A stretch of 64,000 nt of DNA, taken from contig CAVUHW010000027.1 of NCBI GenBank assembly GCA_963741205.1, forward strand, positions 32,001 through 96,000. Direction: 5' to 3'. Under the pieces are notes generated by a model, which saw nothing but the letters and a program-made list of their open reading frames with translations, was not told the origin of the DNA and did not search any database. Positions within the stretch are counted from its first letter, which is position 1. Each line of letters starts with the position of its first letter. The stretch is from Nitrospirota bacterium (GTDB lineage Bacteria; Nitrospirota; UBA9217). Shown here piece after piece: positions 36,925 to 47,537 of the stretch. The position numbers and the translations under genes are program-made.

Positions 36925-38399
36925 TGATACAGCGAGCGATCATTGTTACGACGACCCTGCTCCTGTTCGCAGGATGCGCCATCGGGCCCGATTACCGCAA
37001 GCCGGAGATCGCATCGCCGCCGGCATGGATGGTCGACATGCAGAAGGCGAAGGACACGGCGAACACAATGTGGTGGATGCAGTTCAATGACCCCACACTG
37101 AACGACCTGATCACGACCGCGCTCAAGGAGAACTATGATCTCCGTACTGCCACTGCGCGTGTCGAAGAGTTCTATGGCCGGTACGGCGCGACGCGGGCGG
37201 ACCTCTTCCCGCAGGTGGGCTACGGCGCGTCAGGGAGCAGGGTGCAGGCGAGCCAGAAGGGCCCCCTCGCGCTGGCGCCGGGCACCAGTTCGCTCTACGA
37301 CTCCTACGACGCCCAATTCACCGCGAGCTGGGAGATCGACCTCTGGGGCAAGGTCAGGCGCGCGACCGAGGCGGCAAAGGCAGACCTCATGGCTGCCGAA
37401 GATTTTCGGAGCGGCGTGATCCTGTCGCTCGTCACCTCGGTGGCAACAGCATACATAGACCTCCGCTCCCTCGACCAGCAGCTTGAGATCGCACGGCAGA
37501 CCGCGAAGAGCAGAGAGGAATCGGTAAAGCTCTTCGATCTCCGTTTTAAGGGCGGCAATATCTCAGAGATGGAATTGAGCCAGGTCAAATCTGAATATTA
37601 TGTCGCCCTGGCCGCGATCCCGGACCTGGAAAAGCGCGTCCGGCAGCAGGAGAACCTCATCAATTTCCTGCTCGGCAGGAATCCCGGTCCGATCGTGCGG
37701 GGCAAGGTTATCAATGATATCACACTGCCTGAAGTACCTGCCGGACTTCCATCGGACCTCCTTGCCCGGCGTCCCGACATCCGGCAGGCAGAACAAGCGC
37801 TCATAGCGGCGAATGCCCGTATCGGCGTTGCAAAGGCGCAATACTTCCCCACCATCTCGCTCACGGGCCTCTTCGGCTCAGTCAGCACGGACCTTAAGGA
37901 CCTGTTCACCGGGCCGGCACAGGCCTGGAATTATGCCGGCTCCCTTGCAGGACCGATCTTCACGGCAGGCAAGATCAAGGGGAACGTGAAGGCCGCCCAG
38001 GCCGCACAGAGAGAAGCCCTGTTCGGGTACGAGAATGCGGTCCAGAACGGGTTCCGCGAGTTCGAGGACGCACTCATCGACCAGGACCGGACGCGTGTCC
38101 AGCTCGAGGCGCAGAAGAACCAGGTCGAGGCGCTCGCCACCTACGCCCGGCTGGCGCGGCTCCGCTATGAGAACGGCTACACAAGCTACATCGAGGTGCT
38201 CGATGGCGAGCGCAGTCTCTTCAGCGGCCAGCTGACTTACGCCCAGACGCAGGACCTGCTCCTCCGCGCACTGGTGAACCTTTACAAGGCAACGGGAGGC
38301 GGATGGGTGATGGAAGCGGACAAACTCTCGCAACCGCCGGCCCCGGAGTCACAGCCCGGAGGGACGCAGCCCGCGCCAACGACCGGAAGCAAAAAATAA
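36924..38399 (+). CDS. RND outer-membrane factor lipoprotein (OprM/NodT-like)
   Basis: FAGC lipobox, SWEIDLWG, LLARRPDI and LYKATGGGW motifs; TAATG overlap with the permease. Confidence 0.93.
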   Translation: MIQRAIIVTTTLLLFAGCAIGPDYRKPEIASPPAWMVDMQKAKDTANTMWWMQFNDPTLNDLITTALKENYDLRTATARVEEFYGRYGATRADLFPQVGYGASGSRVQASQKGPLALAPGTSSLYDSYDAQFTASWEIDLWGKVRRATEAAKADLMAAEDFRSGVILSLVTSVATAYIDLRSLDQQLEIARQTAKSREESVKLFDLRFKGGNISEMELSQVKSEYYVALAAIPDLEKRVRQQENLINFLLGRNPGPIVRGKVINDITLPEVPAGLPSDLLARRPDIRQAEQALIAANARIGVAKAQYFPTISLTGLFGSVSTDLKDLFTGPAQAWNYAGSLAGPIFTAGKIKGNVKAAQAAQREALFGYENAVQNGFREFEDALIDQDRTRVQLEAQKNQVEALATYARLARLRYENGYTSYIEVLDGERSLFSGQLTYAQTQDLLLRALVNLYKATGGGWVMEADKLSQPPAPESQPGGTQPAPTTGSKK

Positions 38400-38481
38400 C
38401 AGAACATGAAAAACGGGGTCTGTTGACTCGAATATTAGTCCAGAAAGCAGTCATCAAACATCATGAAAGGAGGAAGTAAAC

Positions 38482-38895
38482 ATGCGGTATGCAATGGTAT
38501 GGATGGTGGTAATCGGTATGGTGCTGGTGTTCAGTGGGGGCGCCTCGGCTCAGCAGGCGCTGATCCAAAGTGTGACAAAGGGGTGTGAGAAGGAGCTTAA
38601 AACGTACTGCAAGGATGTGACGCCCGGTGAGGGACGGGTTCTCGCCTGCCTCTATGCCCACGAAGACAAGCTGTCGGGCAAATGCGAGTACGCGCTCTAC
38701 GACGCCGCGGCGCAGCTCGAGCGGGCGGTGAACGCCCTTGCCTACATGGCGAATGAGTGCGCAGACGACCTGAAGGCCAATTGCTCCGGCATCAAACCGG
38801 GCGAGGGGCGGCTGCTCCAGTGCATCGAGAAGAACGACGCGAAGATCAGCAAACGGTGCAAGGATGCGCTGAAGGACACGGGATTGAAAAAATAG
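38482..38895 (+). CDS. Secreted cysteine-rich repeat protein 2 (close paralogue of 31823)
   Basis: Nearly the same signal peptide (VWMVV.GMVLVFSGGASA), 8 Cys and the ALKDTGLK end. Confidence 0.87.
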   Translation: MRYAMVWMVVIGMVLVFSGGASAQQALIQSVTKGCEKELKTYCKDVTPGEGRVLACLYAHEDKLSGKCEYALYDAAAQLERAVNALAYMANECADDLKANCSGIKPGEGRLLQCIEKNDAKISKRCKDALKDTGLKK

Positions 38896-38911
38896 CTCGC
38901 TGAACGATTTT

Positions 38912-38943
38912 CTTCGTCCCTCTCCGGGAGGGGAGGGACGAAG
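38912..38943 (+). terminator. Stem-loop downstream of Cys-rich gene 2
   Basis: CTTCGTCCCTC...GAGGGACGAAG; a degenerate counterpart lies after gene 1 (about 32263-32286); no U-tract on the + strand. Confidence 0.45.
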
Positions 38944-39101
38944 GCATTGTCCTGACAGGAAATGATAAGGGCAAACGCAGCGGTTCTCTTTTCTATCGGA
39001 GTCCTATGAGCATGCCGCCGAATGCTCAGACCGGGGAGTGAAAGTTCCAGACGCCGCGCTTGGGTGAGGCGGCGTACCGCGGCTGCAAGGAGGGAATACC
39101 T

Positions 39102-39515
39102 ATGAAACGATCAATTCTTATGGCACCGGCAATGCTGATGGGAACATCAGTGGCTTTCATACTATTCATAGCTGCGCTGCCTGTATTCGCGCAGACAATA
39201 ACAACCCCCTGTACCAATGACTTAAAACAATTCTGCGGCGATGTCACACACGGCGGCGGCCGCCTGGTCAGCTGCTACCAACAGAAGAAGGACCAGATGT
39301 CCGCGGCCTGCCGGGTCTATGCGGACGGAGCGATAGCGAACGCAGCCGTTCTGAAGAAGGCGTGCTCCAAGGAAATAGATGCACGCTGCAACTTCGAAAA
39401 AGGCGACCCCCTGGAGATGCTTGACTGCCTCCAGGGGAACTATATCGATCTGTCGGGTGAATGCAGAGACAGTCTGAATGAATTCAAGGGCAGATATCGG
39501 AAACCCGTACAATAA
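39102..39515 (+). CDS. Secreted cysteine-rich repeat protein 3
   Basis: Signal peptide; PCTNDLKQFCGDVTHGGGRLVSC...ACSKEIDARC...CL...LSGECR. Confidence 0.82.
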   Translation: MKRSILMAPAMLMGTSVAFILFIAALPVFAQTITTPCTNDLKQFCGDVTHGGGRLVSCYQQKKDQMSAACRVYADGAIANAAVLKKACSKEIDARCNFEKGDPLEMLDCLQGNYIDLSGECRDSLNEFKGRYRKPVQ

Positions 39516-39689
39516 CCGCCTTGAGCACCGAAGAAGATCGGCAGCGCGCTACGGAGAGCTCCAATGCAAGGAGTCCGGTATTGAAGAAGCAGTGCGTTGA
39601 TACAGTTTTCGCAAAGTTTTTTGCACTTCCTCACGCCGTTCGAAACGGATTGACCGCGGAAGCAGGAGCATCAAGAGGAGGCTCCCGGA

Positions 39690-42061
39690 ATGAAGAAGGT
39701 CACCTATATGGTTCACTCGTTTCTGCTTATCACCGCTTTGGCGATGAATGCTCTTCCTCTTGCCGTAGCTGAGGAGGAGAGTGCCTGCCTCCAATGCAGT
39801 GGCCATCGACGAGGGCTGGCCGCGGCAGAAACAGCAGGACGGCAATACGCTCATCTACTATCAGCCCCAGCTGGACAGCTGGCAGGACCAGAAAGTGCTG
39901 AAGGCCCGCATTGCCGTAGAGGTCACGCTTCAGGGGCAGAAGCAGCCGATCGCCGGCGCGGTCTGGATCAAGGCGGATACCGATGCCGACCTCGAGAGCC
40001 GGACCGTCACGCTCGACGACATCGAGGTCGAAAAGATGAGCTTTGCGGTGCTCGACACCGCCCTTTCGAGCGCGGCGGAAAAGGCCGTCAATGCCATGAT
40101 CGGCCGCAAACCGCTGGTCGTTGCCCTCGATCGCATCCTGGCCGGGCTCCGGCAGACGGAGCTGGCCGCGGCAAAGAACATCGAGCTCAAGAACGACCCG
40201 CCGAAGATCATCGTCGTCTTCGAGCCTGCGCGGCTCCTGATCTTCGACGGCCAGCCGGTGTTCGCCAAGATCGAGGGCACGAACCTGAAGTACGCGATCA
40301 ACACCAACTGGACCGTGCTCACTGAAGAGGCCACGTCCAACTACTATCTGCTCGACGGTACGACCTGGCTCTTCACGAACAAGCTGGGAGGCAAATGGAC
40401 GCTGGCCAAGTCCCTTCCCGGCGACCTCGCCCGGCTTCCCGCGGACGACAACTTCAAGGATGCCCGGGAGAACGCGCAGGCGCAGAAGCCCCAGTACAGC
40501 AAGCCCCCGAGGGTCTTCGAAGTCACCGATCCGGCTGAACTGATCGTGATCGATGGAAAGCCAAATTACCAGTCCGCCGGGCCTGAAGGCCTGCATTATG
40601 TTGCGAACACCGAGGCGGACCTCTTCTACAATGATGGCGACAAGAGCTGGTACTTCCTCGTGGCCGGCCGCTGGTACCGGACATCGAAGTCGCTCGAAGG
40701 ACCGTGGAGCTTTGCCACGGGCGATTTGCCGAAGGTCTTTGCCTCGATTCCGGCAGGGGGGCCCAAAGGACGCGTGCTCTATTCGGTGCCAGGCACTCCC
40801 CAGGCGCAGGAATCGGTGCGCGCTGCCGGGATCCCCCAGACAGCAAGGATCAAGCCCGGTGACGTGAAACTGAACGTGTCGTACGACGGGGACCCGAAGT
40901 TCGAGCCGATCACGGGCACGACCCCGCCGCTCCAGTATGCCGTGAACGCATCGGTCCCGGTGATCAAGGTGAGCAACACTGCATACTACGCCTGCGAGCG
41001 CGGTATCTGGTTCGCCGCTGCCGAGCCGAAAGGTCCGTGGGTCGTGGCGTCCACGGTACCGCAAGCGATTTATACCATCCCCCCCAGTTCACCGCTCTAC
41101 CCGGTAACGTACGTGGTCCAGTACCAGCAGTCGCCGTCTTCTGACGAAGTGGTGGCGAGCTACACATCGGGCTATACGGGTTGTTACGTAAGCTACGGCG
41201 TGTGCCTGCTGGGGCACCGGCTACTACTATCCTCCGTACTGGGGCTATCCCCCCTACGGCTACCCCATTTACTATCCCCGTCCCTATACCTGGGGCGCTC
41301 ATGCCTGGTACAACCCGGCAACCAGCACTTATTACCGGGGCGGCGGCGCTTACGGACCGTATGGTGGTTTCGGAGCAGGTGCGTCCTATAATGCGGCCAC
41401 GGGAACGTATAAACGGGGATATGGCGCATACGGCCCTGCCGGCGGGTACAAGGTCGGTCAGGCGTACAACTCCCGGACCGGGGCTTGGGCAACGGGCGCT
41501 GCAGCCTACGGGCCCAACGGATCGGTCCGCGCGGCCCAGGGATACAATCCGTCAACGGGAACGCGATTTGCGGGCGCGCAGGGTTCGAACGTGTACGGAA
41601 GCTGGGGCGCCGGGGTCGTGTCGCGCGGCGACCAGTGGGTCAAGGGCGGCTATGTGAGCACCGGTCAGGGTACGGTGGGGGGCATCAGGACCTCGGAAGG
41701 ATCAAGCGTAGTCAAGGGGCAGAACAACACCTATGTGGGCAATGACGGCAATGTCTACCGCAAGAACGAATCGGGCTGGTCCAAGTACGAGAACGGAGCG
41801 TGGAATTCTGTTGACCGGTCACGGGGAAACACAGCCTCGCAGCTTCCGGCAGCTGATCGCGCGGGTCAGGCCGGAAGCAGGGACGTGACCAGTGATCTGA
41901 ACCGCGAGAGTGCGAACCGGTCCGCCGGAGATCAGCGCACCAGCCAGTGGAACAGTCAGTATAATCAGCGCAGTGCGCAGCCCGCTCAGCTGAGCGCTCC
42001 GGCAGCCGCTCCGCGCGGCGGCGGAGGCGGGGGCATGCGCGGAGGCGGGGGACGCCGCTGA
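39690..42061 (+). CDS. Large secreted hypothetical protein with Tyr/Pro- and Gly/Tyr-rich repeats and a Gly/Arg tail (frameshifts near 39780 and 41210)
   Basis: Signal peptide, GWPR...YQPQ N-terminal domain, four 26-aa repeats at 41309-41620, C-terminal RGGGGGGMRGGGGRR. Confidence 0.75.
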
Positions 42062-42165
42062 AAAAAATGATTCATGGTAGCTCCAAAAAAAATAAAGTTC
42101 GAGCGTAAGTCTGGCGATGGGGAAAAAGGAGAGAGTATCCTGCAGTATCTGGTACCCTGAAGGCA

Positions 42166-43146
42166 TTGATGATAAAAACTGTGATCAATGAACAGAGAAT
42201 ATCAGAAAATCGTCACCTCGGCAGAAGGCATTTCAGTCGATGGATAGCGGAGAGCATGGCAGTTGCCATTCTCACTCTGCTCCTCGGTATCGCTGGGACA
42301 GCACAGGCGCAGCAGCTCGAACCCCGGGCCTACTCGCCGGCGCCCATAGGACTGAACTTCCTCGGGCTGGCTATGCTTTACACAAGCGGGGGGGTAGTCA
42401 CCGACCCTGCCGCGCCGGTCCAGAACGTTCAAGCCAGGGTCTACAGCATGGCACCCTATTACGGACATACATTCGGTCTCTTCGGGCGTCTGGCGAATTT
42501 TACCGTGGTGACGCCCTTCGCGGAAGCCAAGGCCCATGGCGATGTGCAGACGGTAAGCCACAGCATCGATCGTACCGGAATGCTCGACCCGCAGGTGCGG
42601 TTCGCTGTGAACCTGCTTGGCGGTCCTGCGCTGAAACCGCTGGAATTCGTCCGGCACAAGCAGGAGACCACCTTGGGCGCGAGCCTCACCGTCACTGCCC
42701 CCTTTGGCCAGTATGATTCGGCGAAGCTGATAAACCTCGGCACAAACCGATGGGCATATAAACCTGAGCTGGGGCTCTCCCAGCCGGTCGGCAATTGGGT
42801 ATTCGAGCTCTACGCCGGGGTCTGGTTGTTTGAGGACAACAAGGACTTCTTCGGCGGCCAGGTCAAAAGGCAGGACCCTCTTCAGTCATATCAGGCGCAC
42901 ATTGGGTACGATGTGCGGCCGCGTCTGTGGGCAGCCTTCGACTTCACCTATTATACCGGTGGGGAGACTACGATCAATGGCCAGCCCAAGAACGACCGGC
43001 AAGAAAATACCCGCGTCGGGCTGACGCTCTCGGTCCCGGTCAAGCAGAACCAGTCCTTGAAACTGAACTGGTCGCGGGGAGCAACGGTCCGTATCGGCTC
43101 TAATTTCGATACCCTCGGCGTGGCTTGGCAGTTGACCTGGTTCTGA
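42166..43146 (+). CDS. Outer-membrane beta-barrel, COG4313/SphA (phenol MetA-pathway)-like
   Basis: AQA-QQLEPRAYSPAPIG, APFGQYD..KLINLGTNRW, C-terminal WF; the true start may be at 42256. Confidence 0.75.
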   Translation: MMIKTVINEQRISENRHLGRRHFSRWIAESMAVAILTLLLGIAGTAQAQQLEPRAYSPAPIGLNFLGLAMLYTSGGVVTDPAAPVQNVQARVYSMAPYYGHTFGLFGRLANFTVVTPFAEAKAHGDVQTVSHSIDRTGMLDPQVRFAVNLLGGPALKPLEFVRHKQETTLGASLTVTAPFGQYDSAKLINLGTNRWAYKPELGLSQPVGNWVFELYAGVWLFEDNKDFFGGQVKRQDPLQSYQAHIGYDVRPRLWAAFDFTYYTGGETTINGQPKNDRQENTRVGLTLSVPVKQNQSLKLNWSRGATVRIGSNFDTLGVAWQLTWF

Positions 43147-43227
43147 CCCTGCGGCCGCATTCCCGCCTGAGGCGGGCTCGAGGGCAACCATTATTGATTT
43201 TTGTTTTTCACTTTACATGAGGAGGGT

Positions 43228-43628
43228 ATGAACATGGGAAAAGATATTCGCTCGGGCAGATTGCTGCTGGCTGCGTATTCGCTCTCGTCTGCGTCATTGC
43301 ATCCGTGCCGTCGGACGCTGAGATCACCGGACCATGTGCTGAAACGATTACCAAATACTGCGGGGACGTGACACCGGGAGGCGGACGGACCATGAAATGC
43401 CTCAGCGATCACCGGGACGACCAGAGCATCGCTTGCAAGGCCTGGTTGGAGGATCAGAATAAAAGCTTGAAGGGACTGAACTCGGCGTGTACCGAGGAGA
43501 TAGCTAAAATGTGCAACTTCGATAACCCTGACATCATGCGTATCTATCAATGCCTGAACGATAATTACGTGTCCCTAAGGCTCGACTGCCGGGAAAAACT
43601 TCGGGAGATCAAGGACCGGATGCAGTGA
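43228..43628 (+). CDS. Secreted cysteine-rich repeat protein 4 (5' frameshift)
   Basis: GPCAETITKYCGDVTPGGGRTMKCL...ACTEEIAKMC...CLNDNYVSLRLDCR; most similar to 39102. Confidence 0.8.
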
Positions 43629-43721
43629 CGGAACGCGCTCGATCCGGGCGGGGCGCTGTTTAATTGACCGAAAGGTTGTCGATATTATGATTATCATGAG
43701 AAAATGCGGAAGGAGAACTAT

Positions 43722-44593
43722 CATGCATACCTTATTGTTCATTGTTCGTAGTTTGCTGACCCTCAAGAAGCACAAATAGCTTTTTCCGCTTCCTGTTCGC
43801 GGTTACTGCCGTTGCGGCGTTCGTGATGATCGGCGCTGTTCAGGCGGGCGCAGAAGAGGAGAAGCTTCCGGACCGGTTCATGGTTCGGCTGGGCGGCTAT
43901 GCCATCAATAGTGCCAACACAATCATGCGTCTTGACGCAACGAACCTTCCCATCGGCACCTACATTGATTTCCATGATACACTGGGCGGCGACACCCGGG
44001 GGACATTCGTCAGGTTGGATGGGCTATACCGTTTTAACGAACATCATGCTCTTGGCTTTGCCTGGTATGATGTGAAATTCACCGGTTCCCGGGTGCTGGG
44101 CAGAGACTATCGAGTGGGGCGGTCAGACGTACCCGATCAGTACCCAGGTTGACAGCGAACTTGATTTCAGAGTGTATAAGCTGAACTATCAATATTCCCT
44201 GTTCCATAATGAGGAGGCTGAACTGGGAGCATCGTTCGGATTTCATATCATGCGCGTGTCCGCCGGGATCAGCGCCAGCGGCATCAATCAATCCCAGGGT
44301 GAAGTGGTAACAGCGCCGCTGCCCGTTTGGGGCCTGTTCGCGGACTATAACTTCACACCCCGCTTCTCCGCCTTCTATAACTATCAGTTCTTTTTCGTCA
44401 ATTACCAGGACAAGTCAGAGGCGGGCTCCAGGATTTCGTCATCGGGACGGAGTACCGGCTCTTTAAACATGTCGCCCTGGGTGTGGCGTACAACCGGTTC
44501 GGCATGACTGCAAAAATTAAAAAGGATGTGGCCACGCTCAACCTTGAGACCAATTGGAACGGCGGGATGTTGTACGGAGCGGTCTATTTCTAG
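43722..44593 (+). CDS. Outer-membrane beta-barrel hypothetical protein (frameshifted; start uncertain)
   Basis: Amphipathic beta strands, IDFHDTLG, TAPLPVWG, C-terminal GGMLYGAVYF. Confidence 0.6.
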
Positions 44594-44710
44594 AAAAAAA
44601 TGAGGAGAAAACAGTCTGCCGGTCTGTCAAGGCCCTCGGCAGGCTTCCGAACGGCACGCCCTGAATGGGACGGGAATATGGATATGTCCACGTGGATAGG
44701 AGACATCAGG

Positions 44711-45829
44711 ATGCCGATGCGATCAACAGTTTTATTTTTACTCTGTGCGGCAATCATGTTTGCACCGTCCGCGATATTCGCTGCTGATACGCCGAAAGCG
44801 ACGTCTCCCCGGGCCGCTCCGGCAGTAGTCTCTGCAACGACCACTACGGAGAAACAATCCGAGTCGCCCTGGCTGCTCATGCCCACGTTCTCATCGAATC
44901 CAAAGCTCGGCACCTCGATCGGGTTTATAGCCACCTATATGCATTATTTCGACGAGAAGTCTCAGGTGTCAATGTTCGGCGTAAACGGCATGTACACCTC
45001 GACGGATTCCGCGATAGTCGCGCTTCTCGCTAAAGCATCGTGGAACGCAGACCACCACCGTCTTCTCGTGATCGCCCCCAACGGGCTCATCAAGAATGAC
45101 TACAATGATTTCCTCGGCACCGGCAAGCCGCTCAAGTCCGAGGACAATCTTCACGCTCTGGTTTCACGCTATCTGTATCGCGTGACGGGCGACTGGTTCG
45201 GGGGCCTGCAGGGGATATTAACGAACTACCAGGTCATTGGTCAGAACGCCCTGGATGAAGAGATGCTGCAAACGCTCGGACTGACCGGTTTCAAGGCCGG
45301 CGGCATCGGCCTGGCCGTATTGCACGATTCCCGGAACATCGAGTTCAGCCCTACACGGGGCTGGTATCTGAACGTGAACAACGTCGCCTACCGGGATTGG
45401 ATTGCGGGCGACAATAATTTCGACGTTTATCGGCTGGACATGAAGGGCTTCTGGAAGCATTGGGGCGATCAGGTGCTCGCCGTGCGCCAGAGCAACCAGT
45501 GGACCGTTGATGCCCCGCCGAGCGCCTTTGCTCCGGTCGTCCTGCGGGGCTACAAGATGGGACAGTATCTTGGAAAGAACATGTCCGCCGTTGAGGCAGA
45601 AGAGCGGCTGCGGCTTGCGAAGAGCTGGGGCGCGACGATTTTCGCGGGCGTGGCCTGCCTCTATGGGAACGGCCAGGATTGCACGGACAGCAAGAACGTC
45701 TATCCTTCCTATGGAGCGGGGTTCCAGTACATCATCAAGCAGAAGGAAGGCATTGTGGCGAGCCTGGAGTACGCCCAGGGCAAATGGGACAATTACGGTA
45801 TCTATCTCAAGATGGGCTATGGATTTTAA
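44711..45829 (+). CDS. BamA/TamA (Omp85)-like barrel without POTRA domains
   Basis: Signal peptide, HDSRN...PTRG, LRGY...Y loop motif, C-terminal GYGF. Confidence 0.7.
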   Translation: MPMRSTVLFLLCAAIMFAPSAIFAADTPKATSPRAAPAVVSATTTTEKQSESPWLLMPTFSSNPKLGTSIGFIATYMHYFDEKSQVSMFGVNGMYTSTDSAIVALLAKASWNADHHRLLVIAPNGLIKNDYNDFLGTGKPLKSEDNLHALVSRYLYRVTGDWFGGLQGILTNYQVIGQNALDEEMLQTLGLTGFKAGGIGLAVLHDSRNIEFSPTRGWYLNVNNVAYRDWIAGDNNFDVYRLDMKGFWKHWGDQVLAVRQSNQWTVDAPPSAFAPVVLRGYKMGQYLGKNMSAVEAEERLRLAKSWGATIFAGVACLYGNGQDCTDSKNVYPSYGAGFQYIIKQKEGIVASLEYAQGKWDNYGIYLKMGYGF

Positions 45830-45856
45830 GAACAGGGGCAGCATAAGGAGCTCTCC

Positions 45857-47488
45857 ATGAGAACGTTACTGATCGTATTTTCGATTACCCTGTCAATCGC
45901 GAACGGACAGATCGCGCTTTCTTCGGCTTTCGCGCAGGGTGCCGCTGACAGGGACATGGTTGTGGAGACAGCGCCTGTCAGGGTCGATGGAGCGGTACTC
46001 TTTACGGTCAGGGGAATTACGGCGCATCCGGCCAGTGAGCGGGCCGATGCCATCGCCGAACGGATTATAGCGCTTGCCGATGACCCTTCAGTAAAAGCCG
46101 ATTCCGTGGTTGCCGTCGAATCGGATCACAGCACCGACATAATGGCCGGCGACCGGTTCATCATGTCTGTTTTTGACATCGATGCCGAACTGGACAAGGT
46201 GCCCCGCCAGGTGCTGGCCAAGGCTTATGTGACAAAGATCCGCACTACTGTCGAATCATACCGCCGTGACCGCGGTTCCCGGAGCATTCTCTGGGCAGGC
46301 GCCACTGCGTTGGGCGCGACGCTTGGAATCATCGCGCTGATCCTGCTGCTCAGATGGGGATTCCGCAGGCTGACCTCATTTGCCGAGGAACGGTTCACGG
46401 CAAAGATGAGAGAACTGCAGGCACGTTCTCATGATATTGTCCAAACAGAATGGATATGGTCGACCCTCAAGGGAGTGCTGAAGACAGCCCAGATCATCAT
46501 TGCCCTGTTCATCATTTTCCTCTATATCAACCTTGTCCTGAGCCTCTTTCCCTGGACAAGGACCTACGCAACACCTCTGCTCGACATGGTCCTTACGCCT
46601 CTTCGCAGCATCGGCATTGCCATCCTTGATTATCTTCCGAAGCTCGTTTTTTTGATCATCCTCTTCTTTGTCGCGAAGTACGGTCTCAATCTTCTGCGAG
46701 CGTTCTTTCTGGGTATCGAACGGGGGAGTATCAAATTTTCCGGGTTCGACGCCGATTGGGCGATCCCGATGTACAAGGTCGCGAGGCTGATTGTGATCGC
46801 CTTCATGGTCGTGGTGGCCTATCCGTACATCCCCGGCTCCGAATCTCCGGCCTTCAAGGGTGTGTCGCTCTTTCTCGGCGTCATGTTCTCCATCGGGTCC
46901 TCGTCGTCCATCTCGAACATCATCGCGGGGTACATGGTTATCTTCCGCCGGGCCTTCAAGGTGGGGGACAGGGTGAAAATAGGATCCCAGGCGGGCGATG
47001 TCATCGAGATTCGGCTCCAGGTCACACACCTTCGGACGATCAAAAACGAGGAGATCATCGTCCCCAATTCGCTCATCATCAACAGCGAGGTGGTCAATTA
47101 CAGTTCTTTGGCCCGGCAAGGCGGACTGATCCTCCATACGACCGTGACCATCGGCTATGACACGCCCTGGCGTCAGATTCACGCCATGCTGCTCCTGGCG
47201 GCAGAACGCACTCCGGGGTTGTTCAAGGAGCCGAAGCCCTTCGTGCTCCAGACGGCGTTGGACGATTTTTACGTGAGTTACGAGCTGAACGCCTATACCG
47301 ACCGGCCTCTGGAGATGGTGAAGATCTATTCGGACCTGCACCGGAACATCCAGGACGCCTTCAACGAATTCGGCGTCCAGATCATGTCGCCCCACTACCT
47401 CGGGGATCCTGCGCAGGCCAAGATAGTGCCCAAGGAGCAGTGGTATCAGCCGCCGGCAAAGCCGGGTGATGAGGAGGGATCACTGTAA
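45857..47488 (+). CDS. MscS-family mechanosensitive channel with large periplasmic N-domain
   Basis: SNIIAG, FKVGDRVKIG, IVPNS and VTIGYD motifs. Confidence 0.92.
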   Translation: MRTLLIVFSITLSIANGQIALSSAFAQGAADRDMVVETAPVRVDGAVLFTVRGITAHPASERADAIAERIIALADDPSVKADSVVAVESDHSTDIMAGDRFIMSVFDIDAELDKVPRQVLAKAYVTKIRTTVESYRRDRGSRSILWAGATALGATLGIIALILLLRWGFRRLTSFAEERFTAKMRELQARSHDIVQTEWIWSTLKGVLKTAQIIIALFIIFLYINLVLSLFPWTRTYATPLLDMVLTPLRSIGIAILDYLPKLVFLIILFFVAKYGLNLLRAFFLGIERGSIKFSGFDADWAIPMYKVARLIVIAFMVVVAYPYIPGSESPAFKGVSLFLGVMFSIGSSSSISNIIAGYMVIFRRAFKVGDRVKIGSQAGDVIEIRLQVTHLRTIKNEEIIVPNSLIINSEVVNYSSLARQGGLILHTTVTIGYDTPWRQIHAMLLLAAERTPGLFKEPKPFVLQTALDDFYVSYELNAYTDRPLEMVKIYSDLHRNIQDAFNEFGVQIMSPHYLGDPAQAKIVPKEQWYQPPAKPGDEEGSL

Positions 47489-47537
47489 TGACAGCGAACA
47501 TGATATCAAACACGAGAGGAAAGAGGAGGATTCTGCA

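Noticed and set aside
38965-39030. GGGCAAAC suggesting a c-di-GMP-I riboswitch (also GGCAAAT...GGAGACGC at about 53527-53565)
   Set aside because: No GAAA-capped P2 stem, GACGCAAAG junction or P3 helix could be built.
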